64,000 nucleotides of DNA from Vulcanimicrobiales bacterium (GCA_038231455.1 JBBRLI010000001.1:224001-288000), one strand, 5' to 3'; positions 1 through 10,200 are shown, counted from the first letter of the stretch. Numbers and translations: made by a program. The notes: generated by a model not told the origin, from the sequence alone.

Positions 1-2
1 CG

Positions 3-494
3 CGCGCCGCCGCGCGTCTGCAACTACCCGATTCGTCGATCGTCCTTATCGGCGACCGAACGACCGCACAAATCGGCGCGTTCCACGCAGCCGACCGCGG
101 CGAGAACGTCATCACGCTCAACCGCGGCGCCGTCCGCTTCGCCGTCACGCACGCGGCCGGAGGACGCTCGAACTATCGGTTCGTCACGCCGACCGCGCAG
201 ATCGCGGTACGCGGGACGGTCGGCTACGTCGTTAGCGGCCCGCTCGGCGTGCAGCTCTACTGCGTGGAATGCGCACCGGGTGATGTTTCGCTGACGACCG
301 CAAACGAGACGTACACGATCCAAAGCGGCCAATCGATCAATGCGCTCGTCATCGGTAAAGCGCAATCCGTCACGATCGTACCGAATCCGAGCATCAACAA
401 TCCGGCGATCGACCAATTTCTCCACGGCTATAGCCCATTCGGACGCCCATCATCCGAAGGTTTCGATATCACGGGGTCCGATAGCGGCAACTAA
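3..494 (+). CDS. FecR-domain protein (5' partial)
   Basis: Open frame from position 3: RAAARLQLPDSSIVLIGDRT...RFVTPTAQIAVRGT, a FecR-type TPxAxIxVRGT motif; continues into ORF 249..494. Confidence 0.7.
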   Translation, partial: RAAARLQLPDSSIVLIGDRTTAQIGAFHAADRGENVITLNRGAVRFAVTHAAGGRSNYRFVTPTAQIAVRGTVGYVVSGPLGVQLYCVECAPGDVSLTTANETYTIQSGQSINALVIGKAQSVTIVPNPSINNPAIDQFLHGYSPFGRPSSEGFDITGSDSGN

Positions 495-1276
495 TGCATC
501 TCGCCCCGCAAGCGTATGCGGTGCTGTTTATCGCAGGCGTCGCGGCGAGCATTTTAGGCTCGATCGTGGGCCTCGGCGGCGGTTTCGTAGTCGTGCCTGT
601 CATGCGCATTTTCTTCTTAGCCGGTCCGTCGGTCGCAGCCGGGACGTCGCTTGTCTACGTCCTGGCCAATGTCGTCGGCGCGACGATCGGTTATGCGCGC
701 CAGCAATTGGTCGATTTCAAACTCGGCTGGACGATTGCGATTGGGGCGATCCCCGCGAGCATCGCCGGCGTCTACGTGTTGCGCCTTTTCTCGCCCACCG
801 GATTCGATATCGCCTACGGTGGGCTTCTGATTGCGCTCGGTGTGATTTCACTTCGGCAACGGGACCGCCTGAGCGACCCGAATTCGATCGAACAACCGTT
901 TGCGCGCTCGATCCCGCTTGCAATCGCCGCTGGGATCCTCATCGGCCTTGCCTCGAGCATCTTCGGTATCGGCGGCGGATTCGTGATGGTGAGCGTCTAT
1001 TTGGTGCTCGCCGGAATGAAGCCACGGGTGATCGCCGCGACCTCATCGTTTGTCGTGTTGCTAACCGCGCCGTTTGGTATCGCCGCCCACATCGCCGCCG
1101 GACACGTCTCGCTCGATTTTTCCATACCGCTCGTGCTCGGCGGGCTCGTCGGCGGCACGATCGGACCGCACATCGCAAAACGGCTCTCGAGCCGAGCGAT
1201 CGTTACCCTGCTCGCAGTGACACTCTTTTCCAGCGTCGTCTTGCTCGTCGTCCGTCACCTTTTCGAGCACGACTAA
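494..1276 (+). CDS. TauE/SafE family sulfite exporter
   Basis: Two repeats of GLGGGF/GIGGGF; about 8 hydrophobic segments; start overlaps the upstream stop (TAATG). Confidence 0.9.
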   Translation: MHLAPQAYAVLFIAGVAASILGSIVGLGGGFVVVPVMRIFFLAGPSVAAGTSLVYVLANVVGATIGYARQQLVDFKLGWTIAIGAIPASIAGVYVLRLFSPTGFDIAYGGLLIALGVISLRQRDRLSDPNSIEQPFARSIPLAIAAGILIGLASSIFGIGGGFVMVSVYLVLAGMKPRVIAATSSFVVLLTAPFGIAAHIAAGHVSLDFSIPLVLGGLVGGTIGPHIAKRLSSRAIVTLLAVTLFSSVVLLVVRHLFEHD

Positions 1277-1335
1277 CTCGGCCGCAGGGTAAGCGACGCT
1301 GCCCAACGCACTGCAATTCAACGGAGGGACTTCCT

Positions 1336-1881
1336 ATGGTGCCCTGTGAGCGGTCGCGCGTTCTTCCACTAACAGCGTGGATTTCTGATTTTCTCGACGC
1401 CCTTAGCGTAAGTGGCGAAGATGCAATCGCGCCCTATTTACACACGACGGGAATCGCTCCGCAGACGCTCGATCCCCATATCGCTTTTCCCGCCAGCGGC
1501 TACTCGCGCAAACGGCTCGCTCAGACGGACGACATGGAAATCGCCCTCCTATGCTGGTCGCACGATGCGCTTACGCCGATCCACGATCACGGCGGCGTCG
1601 GTTGCTGGACGGCCGCGCAACTCGGCTCATTCTCGGTCACCAGTTTCTCGCTGAAGTCGCTCGACCTCGACTCCGGTTGCGCATCGCTTTCCGTCGCGCG
1701 CACCGAAGAGGCGATCGTTGAGGAGATCGACCGTGACTGCCGCACGATGATCCACCGCGTAAGCGTCTCTCCGAACTGCGAACGCGCCGTCTCCGTGCAC
1801 GTGTATCGCAACCCGATCTGCGACTATCTCGAATTCGACTTCGAACGCTCGCGCGTCGCGCGCAAGTCGATGTCGGTTTAG
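1336..1881 (+). CDS. Cysteine dioxygenase family (cupin) protein
   Basis: TPIHDHG, IHRV and SVHVY motifs; GGAGG RBS at about 1323 before ATG 1336. Confidence 0.8.
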   Translation: MVPCERSRVLPLTAWISDFLDALSVSGEDAIAPYLHTTGIAPQTLDPHIAFPASGYSRKRLAQTDDMEIALLCWSHDALTPIHDHGGVGCWTAAQLGSFSVTSFSLKSLDLDSGCASLSVARTEEAIVEEIDRDCRTMIHRVSVSPNCERAVSVHVYRNPICDYLEFDFERSRVARKSMSV

Positions 1882-2393
1882 CTCGGACGCGCTCGCGACG
1901 CGGCTTGCTGCATCGTCACCTCGCGCGTTTCGACGATTTCTAAAACGGTTAGCGACTTATTGCAACGGGCGCAGACGGCACTTGCCGGCGGCTTTCGTTT
2001 GCGCAGCAGTTCCATCCCGCATTTTTCGCAGCGCACGATATAGCGCTTGGCGCTCGGGTTGAACGGCACGGCCGTGCCCATATCATGATAGATCGAACTC
2101 AGGCCAAGTTCGCGCATCTTCTTCTTGAATTTTGCCGTATGACCGGGGTTTTCACCGCGCGCGTAGAGCCAAGCGTGAATCATCTCGTGTAACAACGTCT
2201 CGCGAAGCGCATCGGGTTTGTCTTTGAGGTGCTTCGGCGAAAGCTCGATCGTCGGCGGCTTGTAGGTGATGCGGCCGGCGAGGTTTGCGAAGCGGCTATT
2301 GTAGGCGATACGGTGGGCCGGAATTTCGCCGTCGAAATAGGTGTAGTTCAGCTGCGCGAAGAGGAGTTGGAGTTCGGCAACATCGGGGAGCAC
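1878..2393 (-). CDS. SprT-like zinc metalloprotease
   Basis: TLLHEMIH...GH..FK motif plus C-terminal CxxC...CxxC zinc ribbon. Confidence 0.9.
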   Translation of the reverse strand: MLPDVAELQLLFAQLNYTYFDGEIPAHRIAYNSRFANLAGRITYKPPTIELSPKHLKDKPDALRETLLHEMIHAWLYARGENPGHTAKFKKKMRELGLSSIYHDMGTAVPFNPSAKRYIVRCEKCGMELLRKRKPPASAVCARCNKSLTVLEIVETREVTMQQAASRARPS

Positions 2394-2443
2394 GCGTGTT
2401 TCATTCGCCGCGAAAAGAGTCGCCGCATCCTAGGCGAACACGA

Positions 2444-3223
2444 TTGAACGTGAATCGTCCCGAAGGCGCCGGGCTCCCGCCGCGCATCGTCATACCCGTC
2501 CTTGCCGTCTTTGCGGTGCTCTTCTTGGGCATCATGGGCTACTTCATCAAAGTCGGCCTATCAACGTCGGGTTCGGCATTCGGCTCGGGAACGCCGCACG
2601 AACAGGGCGATGCGAAAATTCAAGCGACACCGGCACCGGTCGCAATCGCAACCGATCCACCGGGAACGGTCGATATTCCGCAGAGCGGCACCGGGGCCGG
2701 CGCGTCCGTTGCAAGCGGAGCACAGCCGCCGAACGCGCAGCCGGTGGAACAGCAAGCTCCCGTCGGCGCGCCGCCGGGCAACACAACCGGCGGCGGCCCG
2801 CCCCCCGCCGTGAAGCAAGCGATCGACGATCTCAAAGCGCGGATCGCAAAAAACCCGCGCGATCTTGCAGCGCTTGTGACGCTTGGCAATTTCTATTTCG
2901 ATGCTCAAAAGTTCGATCAAGCCGGAACCTACTACCAGCGTGCGCTGGCGCTCGATCCCGGCAACCCCGACGTGCGCACCGACTACGCGGTGGTCGAGCA
3001 TCAGACCGGGCACGATATCGAAGCCCTCGCCTCGATCGACGCGATTCTCAAATCGAATCCGACGTTTACGCCGGCGCTCTTCAATCGCGGCGTGATCCTC
3101 TCCGCAATCGGACGACGCACGCAAGCCGCGGACGCCTACAAACACTTCATCGCCGTTGCGCCACGCGATCCGCATGTTGGAGATGCCAAAACGGCACTCA
3201 AAGAACTTGGAGCAACGCCGTAA
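2444..3223 (+). CDS. Membrane-anchored TPR protein
   Basis: N-terminal TM helix, Pro/Gly/Ala linker, then TPR repeats (LGNFYF..A..YY.RAL.LDP); start TTG 2444 or GTG 2450. Confidence 0.8.
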   Translation: MNVNRPEGAGLPPRIVIPVLAVFAVLFLGIMGYFIKVGLSTSGSAFGSGTPHEQGDAKIQATPAPVAIATDPPGTVDIPQSGTGAGASVASGAQPPNAQPVEQQAPVGAPPGNTTGGGPPPAVKQAIDDLKARIAKNPRDLAALVTLGNFYFDAQKFDQAGTYYQRALALDPGNPDVRTDYAVVEHQTGHDIEALASIDAILKSNPTFTPALFNRGVILSAIGRRTQAADAYKHFIAVAPRDPHVGDAKTALKELGATP

Positions 3224-4056
3224 TGCGACTGTACGTTTCATGCGACATGGAAGGGACGGCTGCGGTGTCCTCGTGGACGCAAGTCGATCCGAAGAATACG
3301 ACCGAGTATCCGTACTACCGGCGGCTAATGTCGCGCGAAGTTCGCGCGGCGATCGACGGCGCGCGTGAGGCGGGCGTCGGCGACGTGCTCATTAATGACT
3401 CGCACTCATCCATGCGCAACGTGCTTTGGGACGAATTACCGCAAGACGTCCGCATGATTTACGGCAATCGCAAGCCGTTCTCGATGGCCGAGGGCGCGGA
3501 GGGTCACTTCGATGCGGCCTTCTTCACCGGCTATCACGCGGGGATCGGCGAGGCCAACGGCGCGCTCGATCACACCTACACCGATGAGACCCTCTACAAC
3601 GTGCGCATCAACGGCATGCGCTGCAGCGAGGCGATGCTTAATGCCGCCGTGCTCGGATACGTCGGCGTTCCCGTCGCTCTCATCACCGGCGACCGCGTTA
3701 CGATCGAGACGACGCGCGCGGTGATGCCGTGGATTACGGGCGTGATCGTGAAAGAATCGATCGGACGTTTCGCCACCAACTCGATTCATCCCGAGCTAGC
3801 TTGCGAAAAAATACGCACGGGGGCACGTGAGGCAATCGAGCGCATCGCCGAGGCGAAGCCCTTTGTCTTTGACTCCCCGACCACGCTGGAACTCGAATTC
3901 GTCGGGACCCAGAACGCCGACTTCGCCGAACTGATTCCCGGCTTCGAGCGCACCGGTGGACGGACGGTTCGTTTTGTCCACGCCGACTATCGCGTCATCT
4001 TCCGCGCATTCATGGCAGCGATGCGACTCGGCGCCGCCGCGAACGCACCGGTCTAA
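3223..4056 (+). CDS. dppA: D-aminopeptidase, M55 family
   Basis: YVSCDMEG, NDSH, GYHA, LDHT and TGD motifs. Confidence 0.9.
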   Translation: MRLYVSCDMEGTAAVSSWTQVDPKNTTEYPYYRRLMSREVRAAIDGAREAGVGDVLINDSHSSMRNVLWDELPQDVRMIYGNRKPFSMAEGAEGHFDAAFFTGYHAGIGEANGALDHTYTDETLYNVRINGMRCSEAMLNAAVLGYVGVPVALITGDRVTIETTRAVMPWITGVIVKESIGRFATNSIHPELACEKIRTGAREAIERIAEAKPFVFDSPTTLELEFVGTQNADFAELIPGFERTGGRTVRFVHADYRVIFRAFMAAMRLGAAANAPV

Positions 4057-4058
4057 GC

Positions 4059-4850
4059 ATGCTCGTTGGATTTCAGGGTGAACCCGCGGCATTCAGTGAT
4101 GATGCCGCGCGTCTGCTCGTGCCGGGCTCCGAGACGCGCGGCTACTCGAGTTTTGAGGACCTGCTCGATGCTGCCGACAAGCGCGAAGTCGACCTTGCAC
4201 TCTTACCGGTTGAGAATTCGATTTACGGCGCGATCGCGCGCTCCTACGATCTACTTGGCTTGCACGGCGAGCTGACGATCGTCGATGAAATCGTGTACCG
4301 CGTCATCCAGTCGCTGATCGGCACGAGCGACGCGACGATCGATGACATCAAAGAAGTCCGATCTCACCCGGTCGCGCTCGAGCAATGCCGCAAACTCTTC
4401 GCCGACCATCCCGCATGGAAACGGACGATCGTCGAAGATACGGCCGGCGCCGTTGCCGCGATCGTCACCTCAGGCGAGCGCGGTGTCGCGGCGATTGGCT
4501 CGCAAGCCGCTGCCCTGCGCTACGGTGCAAAGATCCTCAAAGAAGTCGTGCAGGACGATGCGGAAAACTTCACTCGCTTCTACCTGATTCAAAAAAACGG
4601 CAAAGCGCGTCGCAATCTGCGGCGTGCGTGTGTCGTGCTGGGATTGCACGACGGACCGGGGACGCTCCGCGATGCACTCACTTCATTTGCCGAGAAGAGC
4701 ATTAACCTGCGGTCGCTGGTCTCGCGTCCCTCGCACGAAGGCCCGTTTCAGTACCGATTCTATTGCGAGATCGACAATGTCGAGATCCGGACGCTCGCCC
4801 AGGCACTCGCCGAAATCAAAGGCGAATCGAAGATTTTAGGAATCTACTAA
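4059..4850 (+). CDS. pheA: Prephenate dehydratase
   Basis: PVENS, SHP.AL.QC and N.TRF motifs; C-terminal ACT domain with SRP. Confidence 0.92.
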   Translation: MLVGFQGEPAAFSDDAARLLVPGSETRGYSSFEDLLDAADKREVDLALLPVENSIYGAIARSYDLLGLHGELTIVDEIVYRVIQSLIGTSDATIDDIKEVRSHPVALEQCRKLFADHPAWKRTIVEDTAGAVAAIVTSGERGVAAIGSQAAALRYGAKILKEVVQDDAENFTRFYLIQKNGKARRNLRRACVVLGLHDGPGTLRDALTSFAEKSINLRSLVSRPSHEGPFQYRFYCEIDNVEIRTLAQALAEIKGESKILGIY

Positions 4851-5282
4851 GACGGGTTTACTGATCCGGTAGCAGACGCCGCGGAACATCGCGATCGGCG
4901 ATCCGTCCGCAAGCGCCACGTTCACATCGTAGAGACCCGTGCGCCCTTTACCGCCGACGAGTTCTTGCGCAGTCGCAACGAAGCGATCGCCGAGGCGGCC
5001 GGCTTTGGTAAACGAAATACTCGCTTGCAGCGCGACGTTGGATTCGTTGCGTGAGTTGCATGCAAAGGCAAAGGCCGTGTCAGCGAGCGTGAACGTGATC
5101 CCCCCGTGCACGGTATCATGGCTATTGATCATCGTCTCCGTCACGGTCATGGCGATCCGTGCGTAGCCTTCACGCGCCTCTTCGATGGCAATACCGAGCG
5201 ACTGCGCGGTGCGGTCGCGACCGAGCATGGCCGTCGCGCACGCCAAAGCGAGCGCGTCGGCGCTTGGGTTTGCTTCGATCAT
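4836..5282 (-). CDS. paaI: Phenylacetyl-CoA thioesterase (hotdog fold)
   Basis: HGG..FTLADTAFAFACNS and RTGLYDV motifs; follows paaN. Confidence 0.9.
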   Translation of the reverse strand: MIEANPSADALALACATAMLGRDRTAQSLGIAIEEAREGYARIAMTVTETMINSHDTVHGGITFTLADTAFAFACNSRNESNVALQASISFTKAGRLGDRFVATAQELVGGKGRTGLYDVNVALADGSPIAMFRGVCYRISKPVLVDS

Positions 5283-6970
5283 GCGCCCGCGGGTGTTCGC
5301 GTTTCGATCACGCGGAAACGATTTGCGACGAACGCCGCGTCGGTGAGTGAGGCGTTACCGGCCGGATTGCCGCCGGTGACATGATAGTCGCTGAACGCCG
5401 ATGACTGGTTGATCATAAGCGCGCCGGTGAGATTCTCACCAAGCGAGACGCGGCCATAGGCGGCGGCTTCTTCGGCTTTCGCCAAGACCGCCGGATCGGT
5501 CGAGTGAACGATCGCGGTGATCGCGCCTTTCGTGCGCGCTTCGTGCGATGAGATCGCGAGCGCCTGATCCACGTCATCCGTTGCGATCACGTAGACGATC
5601 GGTCCGAACATCTCCCGGCCGAATCGCTCCGTATCTTTGACATCGAGTTTGGCGACGAGCGGCGTGCGTACGCGTGCGTGCGGGAATTCCGGATGGGTGA
5701 GCGTCTTACTCGCAAGCACGACGCCGGATGCTCCGTTCTCGGCATCCACGCGGTCGAGGGTGGGCTGCGTCGCGATCGCGCCGAGCAATTCGAACGCGCG
5801 CTCCGGAGCAGCGAGCAGGCTCTCGATGGCCCCAGCAATCGCTGTCGTGAGGTCATCGAACGAGAGATGAGCGCCGTCGGCCTGGATCCCGCCGCGCGGC
5901 ACAAAAATGTTTTGCGGCGTCGTGCACATTTGTCCCGAATACAAACTCACCGACATCGCGATATTGCGCAGCATGCCTTTGAGGTTGCCCGTGCTCTCGA
6001 TGACGATCGCGTTGACGCCCGCCTTCTCCGTATAGGTTGGGCCGTGCGCGTTTTTCTCGACCCAATCGCCAAAGGCGCTGCCGCCGGTGTAATCGACGAT
6101 CGCGATCTCGGGTCGTTCGATGAGTTTCTTTGCGATCGGCTCATCGACGGAATCGACCGCAAGCTGGACGAGATTCGGATCGAACCCGGCATCGCGTAAC
6201 GTCGCCCGCATAATTTCAACGGAAATCGCGAGCGGTAGAATCGCTTGCGGGTGCGGTTTCACGATCACGGCATTACATGTCGCGAGACTTGCGAAAACGC
6301 CGGGGTAAGAATTCCACGTCGGGAATGTCGAGCAACCGATCGTCAGATCGATTCCGCGTCCGATTAGACGGAACGTCTTCTCGATCCGTAGCGGTTCGTT
6401 CTTGCCCTGCGGTTTCTCCCACAAAACACTCTCGGGAATCTTGCTCATCTCGTCGTAGGCGTAGGCGATTGCTTCAAGTGCGCGGTCTTGCGCGTGCGGC
6501 CCGCCCGCCTGAAATGCCATTCCGAATCCTTGACCCGTCGTATGCATAACGGCATGCGCCATCTCGAAACTACGTTTGTTGATGCGCGCGATCATTTCCA
6601 GAAGCACGCCCGCGCGCTCGATGATCGACGCGCGCGTCCACGACGCAACCGAGGCATTCGCCGCGGAAATCAGTGCGTCGAGGTCGGGCTTCGGGTACCT
6701 CACGCCAAGTTCGATACCAAAGGGCGATCGTTCCTCACCGATGTTGCCGCTCGAACCGGGCTGATCGAGTTCGAACGATTTGCCAAGGCGGCCCTCAAAG
6801 GCGGCCTTCCCATCGGCTGCTGCCGTTTCGCCGTACGCTTTGGCACTCGGCACTTCAACGTAGGCGCTGAAGAACTCGCGGGTGCGGATCGCTTTGAGCG
6901 CACCAAGCAAGGTCGTGTGGTGGTCTCCGAACCAGCCGTGTGCGCGGGAGGTTGTCGCTTGAGAACTCAT
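5279..6970 (-). CDS. paaN: Phenylacetate degradation aldehyde dehydrogenase
   Basis: MAFQAGGPHAQDRALEA, STFPTWN, SGQMCT and NPAGNA motifs; ATG at 6970 chosen over the longer ORF. Confidence 0.88.
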   Translation of the reverse strand: MSSQATTSRAHGWFGDHHTTLLGALKAIRTREFFSAYVEVPSAKAYGETAAADGKAAFEGRLGKSFELDQPGSSGNIGEERSPFGIELGVRYPKPDLDALISAANASVASWTRASIIERAGVLLEMIARINKRSFEMAHAVMHTTGQGFGMAFQAGGPHAQDRALEAIAYAYDEMSKIPESVLWEKPQGKNEPLRIEKTFRLIGRGIDLTIGCSTFPTWNSYPGVFASLATCNAVIVKPHPQAILPLAISVEIMRATLRDAGFDPNLVQLAVDSVDEPIAKKLIERPEIAIVDYTGGSAFGDWVEKNAHGPTYTEKAGVNAIVIESTGNLKGMLRNIAMSVSLYSGQMCTTPQNIFVPRGGIQADGAHLSFDDLTTAIAGAIESLLAAPERAFELLGAIATQPTLDRVDAENGASGVVLASKTLTHPEFPHARVRTPLVAKLDVKDTERFGREMFGPIVYVIATDDVDQALAISSHEARTKGAITAIVHSTDPAVLAKAEEAAAYGRVSLGENLTGALMINQSSAFSDYHVTGGNPAGNASLTDAAFVANRFRVIETRTPAGA

Positions 6971-6987
6971 AGCTTCGATGCCTTCCG

Positions 6988-7449
6988 CTAGACGGTTAGC
7001 GCCCCTTCCAGTGCGGCGCCCTTGGCCGCGTCGAAGGCACCCGCCGTGCGCCAAACGACGTTGCCGGCGGGATCGACAACAAAAATCGCCAGATCTTTTT
7101 CGTTTGCGATTGCAAGGTTCGTTTTCAGCCGATCGAGATCAAGAAACGTGACGAGCGTTGACGCGCGCGCCTCGGCCGGAACGGCGGCGCGCATTGCGGG
7201 TACGATCACGCGCCCCATCATCTTCATCCCGCTCGAGAGAGCGACGATTAAAAACGCGCGCACATCGGGTCGGCCGGTGACGTATTTTTCGATCAGCGGG
7301 ACCCAGGTCATCACCTCGCCGATCTGCTCGCGCGCAAAGCCGACGACGACGATGTTCATCGCGCCGGCAAAATCGCGCGGAAGAACGCGCGGCTCGTCCG
7401 TAAGCGTTTTGCCTTCGAGAGACGGGAAGCGAAGCGGTGAATCGATCAT
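6988..7449 (-). CDS. Thioredoxin-like protein without CxxC (ATP10-like)
   Basis: FPSLEGKTL..LP.DF and FVVD..G.VVWR..G pattern. Confidence 0.55.
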   Translation of the reverse strand: MIDSPLRFPSLEGKTLTDEPRVLPRDFAGAMNIVVVGFAREQIGEVMTWVPLIEKYVTGRPDVRAFLIVALSSGMKMMGRVIVPAMRAAVPAEARASTLVTFLDLDRLKTNLAIANEKDLAIFVVDPAGNVVWRTAGAFDAAKGAALEGALTV

Positions 7450-7510
7450 CGCTTGACCTTTCCACGCCGACCGTGCGAAACACCCACGCCGATTCTCGGT
7501 AGCAAGAAAC

Positions 7511-7924
7511 GTGCTTGCTTTCGGACAGAGTTACCTGATCGCGTCGCTCGTTGTGTTCGGCATCGTGATCGCTCGCCGGTACCGATCGTTGCCGCCTCGC
7601 GTTCTTTTAAATTACACGTTTTCCGGATTGCCGCGGGGTGCGGCGTGGCCCCGGCCGCTCGTTTGGCTGCCATTCGCGATCCTCGTGCCCGTCTGCACGG
7701 CGTTGCTCAGCTTCACCGCAAATGGCATTCCGAACGCCGATAAACTGGGGCCGATCTTCATCGAAATCGGAACCATCACGCTTGCGCTCTGCTACCTCTA
7801 CGATCAAATGATGCAGGTTAGCCTTGGGACGCGCGAGCGGCTGAGCCGTTCCGCGAGCCTCGGACTGCTCGTAGCGGCTGTTGGCAGCGTCGTGGCCAAC
7901 ACGGTTTTATTCGGTTTCCACTGA
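7511..7924 (+). CDS. Small membrane protein (DUF1648-like)
   Basis: RYRSLPPRV..NY..SG segment between TM helices. Confidence 0.5.
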   Translation: MLAFGQSYLIASLVVFGIVIARRYRSLPPRVLLNYTFSGLPRGAAWPRPLVWLPFAILVPVCTALLSFTANGIPNADKLGPIFIEIGTITLALCYLYDQMMQVSLGTRERLSRSASLGLLVAAVGSVVANTVLFGFH

Positions 7925-7925
7925 A

Positions 7926-8360
7926 ATGCCGATCGCTCTGGTCCTGACGCTCATCCTCGATATCGGTGGGCTGATCGCGCTGGCCTTCGCGATCGCGCCG
8001 CGCTACCAGCAATTGCCGCCGTGGATTGCCGTCAATTTTCAATTCGGCCGCCCGTGGGGGCCGAGGTTGCCGCGAATCACGCTGTGGGCGCAGATTCCCA
8101 TGCTCGCCTTCTTCGAGTGGATCCTCGTAAGCCCGAACATCGACCGGGGATGGGTCGGGGGCGTTGCGCTTGTCGGATTCGACCCGATGATGATATTTGG
8201 TCTCGGGATTGGCTTCGTCGTCTTTGGTGTCGCCTATTCCACCCGGGACGTCATCGACGTTGCTCTCGGCCTGCGGGAACGAATCAGCCTCCGCGCCCAA
8301 ATCGCGGTCGGCCTTCCCGCGCTTATCACCATGCTAGCGGTATGGTCGATGTCTCGCTGA
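7926..8360 (+). CDS. Small membrane protein, paralog of the upstream gene (DUF1648-like)
   Basis: RYQQLPPWIAVNF and VALGLRERIS match the neighbour's RYRSLPPRV and VSLGTRERLS. Confidence 0.5.
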   Translation: MPIALVLTLILDIGGLIALAFAIAPRYQQLPPWIAVNFQFGRPWGPRLPRITLWAQIPMLAFFEWILVSPNIDRGWVGGVALVGFDPMMIFGLGIGFVVFGVAYSTRDVIDVALGLRERISLRAQIAVGLPALITMLAVWSMSR

Positions 8361-8509
8361 CCCTCGCCACGACAAAAGAATTTGACGTACAAGGGAGAGT
8401 GTGGGATACTGACGTGTCGTGTCCGGACGCCACTGCGCCTCGGCAGACCCACCTCGCGCGATCTTTCGAACAGCCGATCGACTTGCGCACACTCGAAAGA
8501 TTGCGAAAA

Positions 8510-9811
8510 TTGAATACGTTTGACTCTCTCGGCCTCAAGCCGCAGTTATTGCGCGCGCTTGCGGACCTCAAATTCACCGAGCCCACTCCGGTGCAAGTAT
8601 CTTCCATCCCGCCCGCCCTTGCCGGCAAAGATGTTCTGGCAAGCGCCGCGACCGGTAGTGGGAAATCTGCCGCCTTTGGCCTGCCGATCCTCAACGCCCT
8701 CATCGATCAGCCGCGCGGCAAAACGCGCGCCCTGATCCTTGCTCCGACGCGCGAACTCGCCGTGCAAATCGCGCAGCATCTCGGCGTGCTTGCAAAACAC
8801 ACCGGTATCAAGATTGCCGCCGTCTATGGCGGTGTCGGTTTCGGTCAGCAAGTGCAGGCGTTCAAACGCGGCACCGACATCATCGTTGCAACTCCGGGCC
8901 GCCTGTTCGATCACATCGGCCAGGGCACGTGCAAGCTCGACGATCTGCAGTATCTCGTCTTAGATGAAGCGGACCGCATGCTCGACATGGGCTTCTTGCC
9001 CGTCGTGCGTCGCCTGCTCAAGATCATCCCGACGAAGCGCCAGACGTTATTTTTCTCGGCCACGATCTCGCCGCCGATAGCCGCGCTTACCAAAGAAATG
9101 CTGCACGATCCGATTCGCGTCGAGCTCGAGACGGAACAAAAAACCGTCGAAGGCCTCACGCAGACGATCTACACGATCGATCAGCAGCGCAAAACCGATC
9201 TGCTGCTCGAGCTGCTCAAAGATAACGCCATCTACACTGCGATCGTCTTTACACGCACCAAGGCTCGCGCGAACCGTCTCGCCTCGGCGCTCCTCAAGCA
9301 CAACGTGCCCTCGGAACGCATTCACGGCGATCGTTCGCAAGCCCAGCGCACCCGCGCGCTCGAAGACTTCAAGAAGGGCAAGTTCCGCGTGCTCGTCGCA
9401 ACCGACATCGCCGCTCGTGGTATCGACGTTGCGAACCTCGGCCACGTTGTCAACTTCGACGTCCCGATGGTGCCCGAAGACTACGTCCACCGGATCGGCC
9501 GCACGGCACGTGCGCAGATGACGGGCGATGCGATTACGTTCGTCGGGCGTGATGAAGAAAAGCTCTTCACGCAAATCGAAAAAGTGCTCGGCAAACGGAT
9601 CGACCGCGCCAAGCTCCCGCCGCTCCCGGAAGTCACCCCGGAGCAACTGCGCGTCGCACGCGCCGAAGATCTCAGCGACCGCCGCGATCCCTCGCACGGC
9701 CGCAGCCGCCCCGGCGGCGGCAACCGCGGACCCTCATCGAGCGGCGGACGCCCGTTCGTCCACGCCAAGAGCGCCGGACCCGCTCGCCGCGAGCACCGCG
9801 CAAAAGGTTAA
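8510..9811 (+). CDS. DEAD-box RNA helicase (RhlE-like)
   Basis: Q motif, ATGSGKS, PTRELA, DEAD, SAT and HRIGRTAR; basic Gly/Arg tail; TTG start at 8510. Confidence 0.95.
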   Translation: MNTFDSLGLKPQLLRALADLKFTEPTPVQVSSIPPALAGKDVLASAATGSGKSAAFGLPILNALIDQPRGKTRALILAPTRELAVQIAQHLGVLAKHTGIKIAAVYGGVGFGQQVQAFKRGTDIIVATPGRLFDHIGQGTCKLDDLQYLVLDEADRMLDMGFLPVVRRLLKIIPTKRQTLFFSATISPPIAALTKEMLHDPIRVELETEQKTVEGLTQTIYTIDQQRKTDLLLELLKDNAIYTAIVFTRTKARANRLASALLKHNVPSERIHGDRSQAQRTRALEDFKKGKFRVLVATDIAARGIDVANLGHVVNFDVPMVPEDYVHRIGRTARAQMTGDAITFVGRDEEKLFTQIEKVLGKRIDRAKLPPLPEVTPEQLRVARAEDLSDRRDPSHGRSRPGGGNRGPSSSGGRPFVHAKSAGPARREHRAKG

Positions 9812-9824
9812 ACGTATCCAGCTC

Positions 9825-9866
9825 AGCATAAAAGGGCTCGACCGCAGGATTTGGCTCTTTTATGCT
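9825..9866. terminator. Probable bidirectional intrinsic terminator
   Basis: Inverted repeat AGCATAAAAGGGC...GCTCTTTTATGCT between convergent genes. Confidence 0.65.
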
Positions 9867-10200
9867 AGCGATTTAGCGGCTTGAAAATCGCATCTGCACG
9901 AACGTTATGGACCATCTCAAGCACGCGGTCGGCGACAGGACGCGGTTTATGTTCATCCCAAAACACGCGAAGCGAAAAACCGGGCGCTGTGGGGCCAGTT
10001 GGAAAAGACCAGTCAACAACGCCTAGCTCAATGAAGCCATCGTTATTGACAAAGTCCAACATCACGTATACGTCGCCGAATTGTCGCGCCGCGCCAGTCA
10101 AACGATTATTGCCTAGAGCCTCACCAACAATGGCCCAAAAGGCTAGTTCCCAGTCATGCCAGCGCTGCGTACGCGCTCGCGAATCAGCATCGTCTTGCAC
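9865..10200 (-). CDS. Hypothetical protein (lower-GC patch)
   Basis: 111-aa ORF filling the gap; composition differs from neighbours; start uncertain. Confidence 0.45.
   Translation of the reverse strand: MQDDADSRARTQRWHDWELAFWAIVGEALGNNRLTGAARQFGDVYVMLDFVNNDGFIELGVVDWSFPTGPTAPGFSLRVFWDEHKPRPVADRVLEMVHNVRADAIFKPLNR

Noticed and set aside
340-1335. 513-aa ORF N-terminal extension
   Set aside because: Arg-rich shadow frame over tauE; the real gene starts at 1336 with an RBS
7488-7500. GCCGA-N3-TCGGT as a PaaR operator
   Set aside because: Spacing differs from the consensus I recall, and such GC-rich short repeats arise by chance
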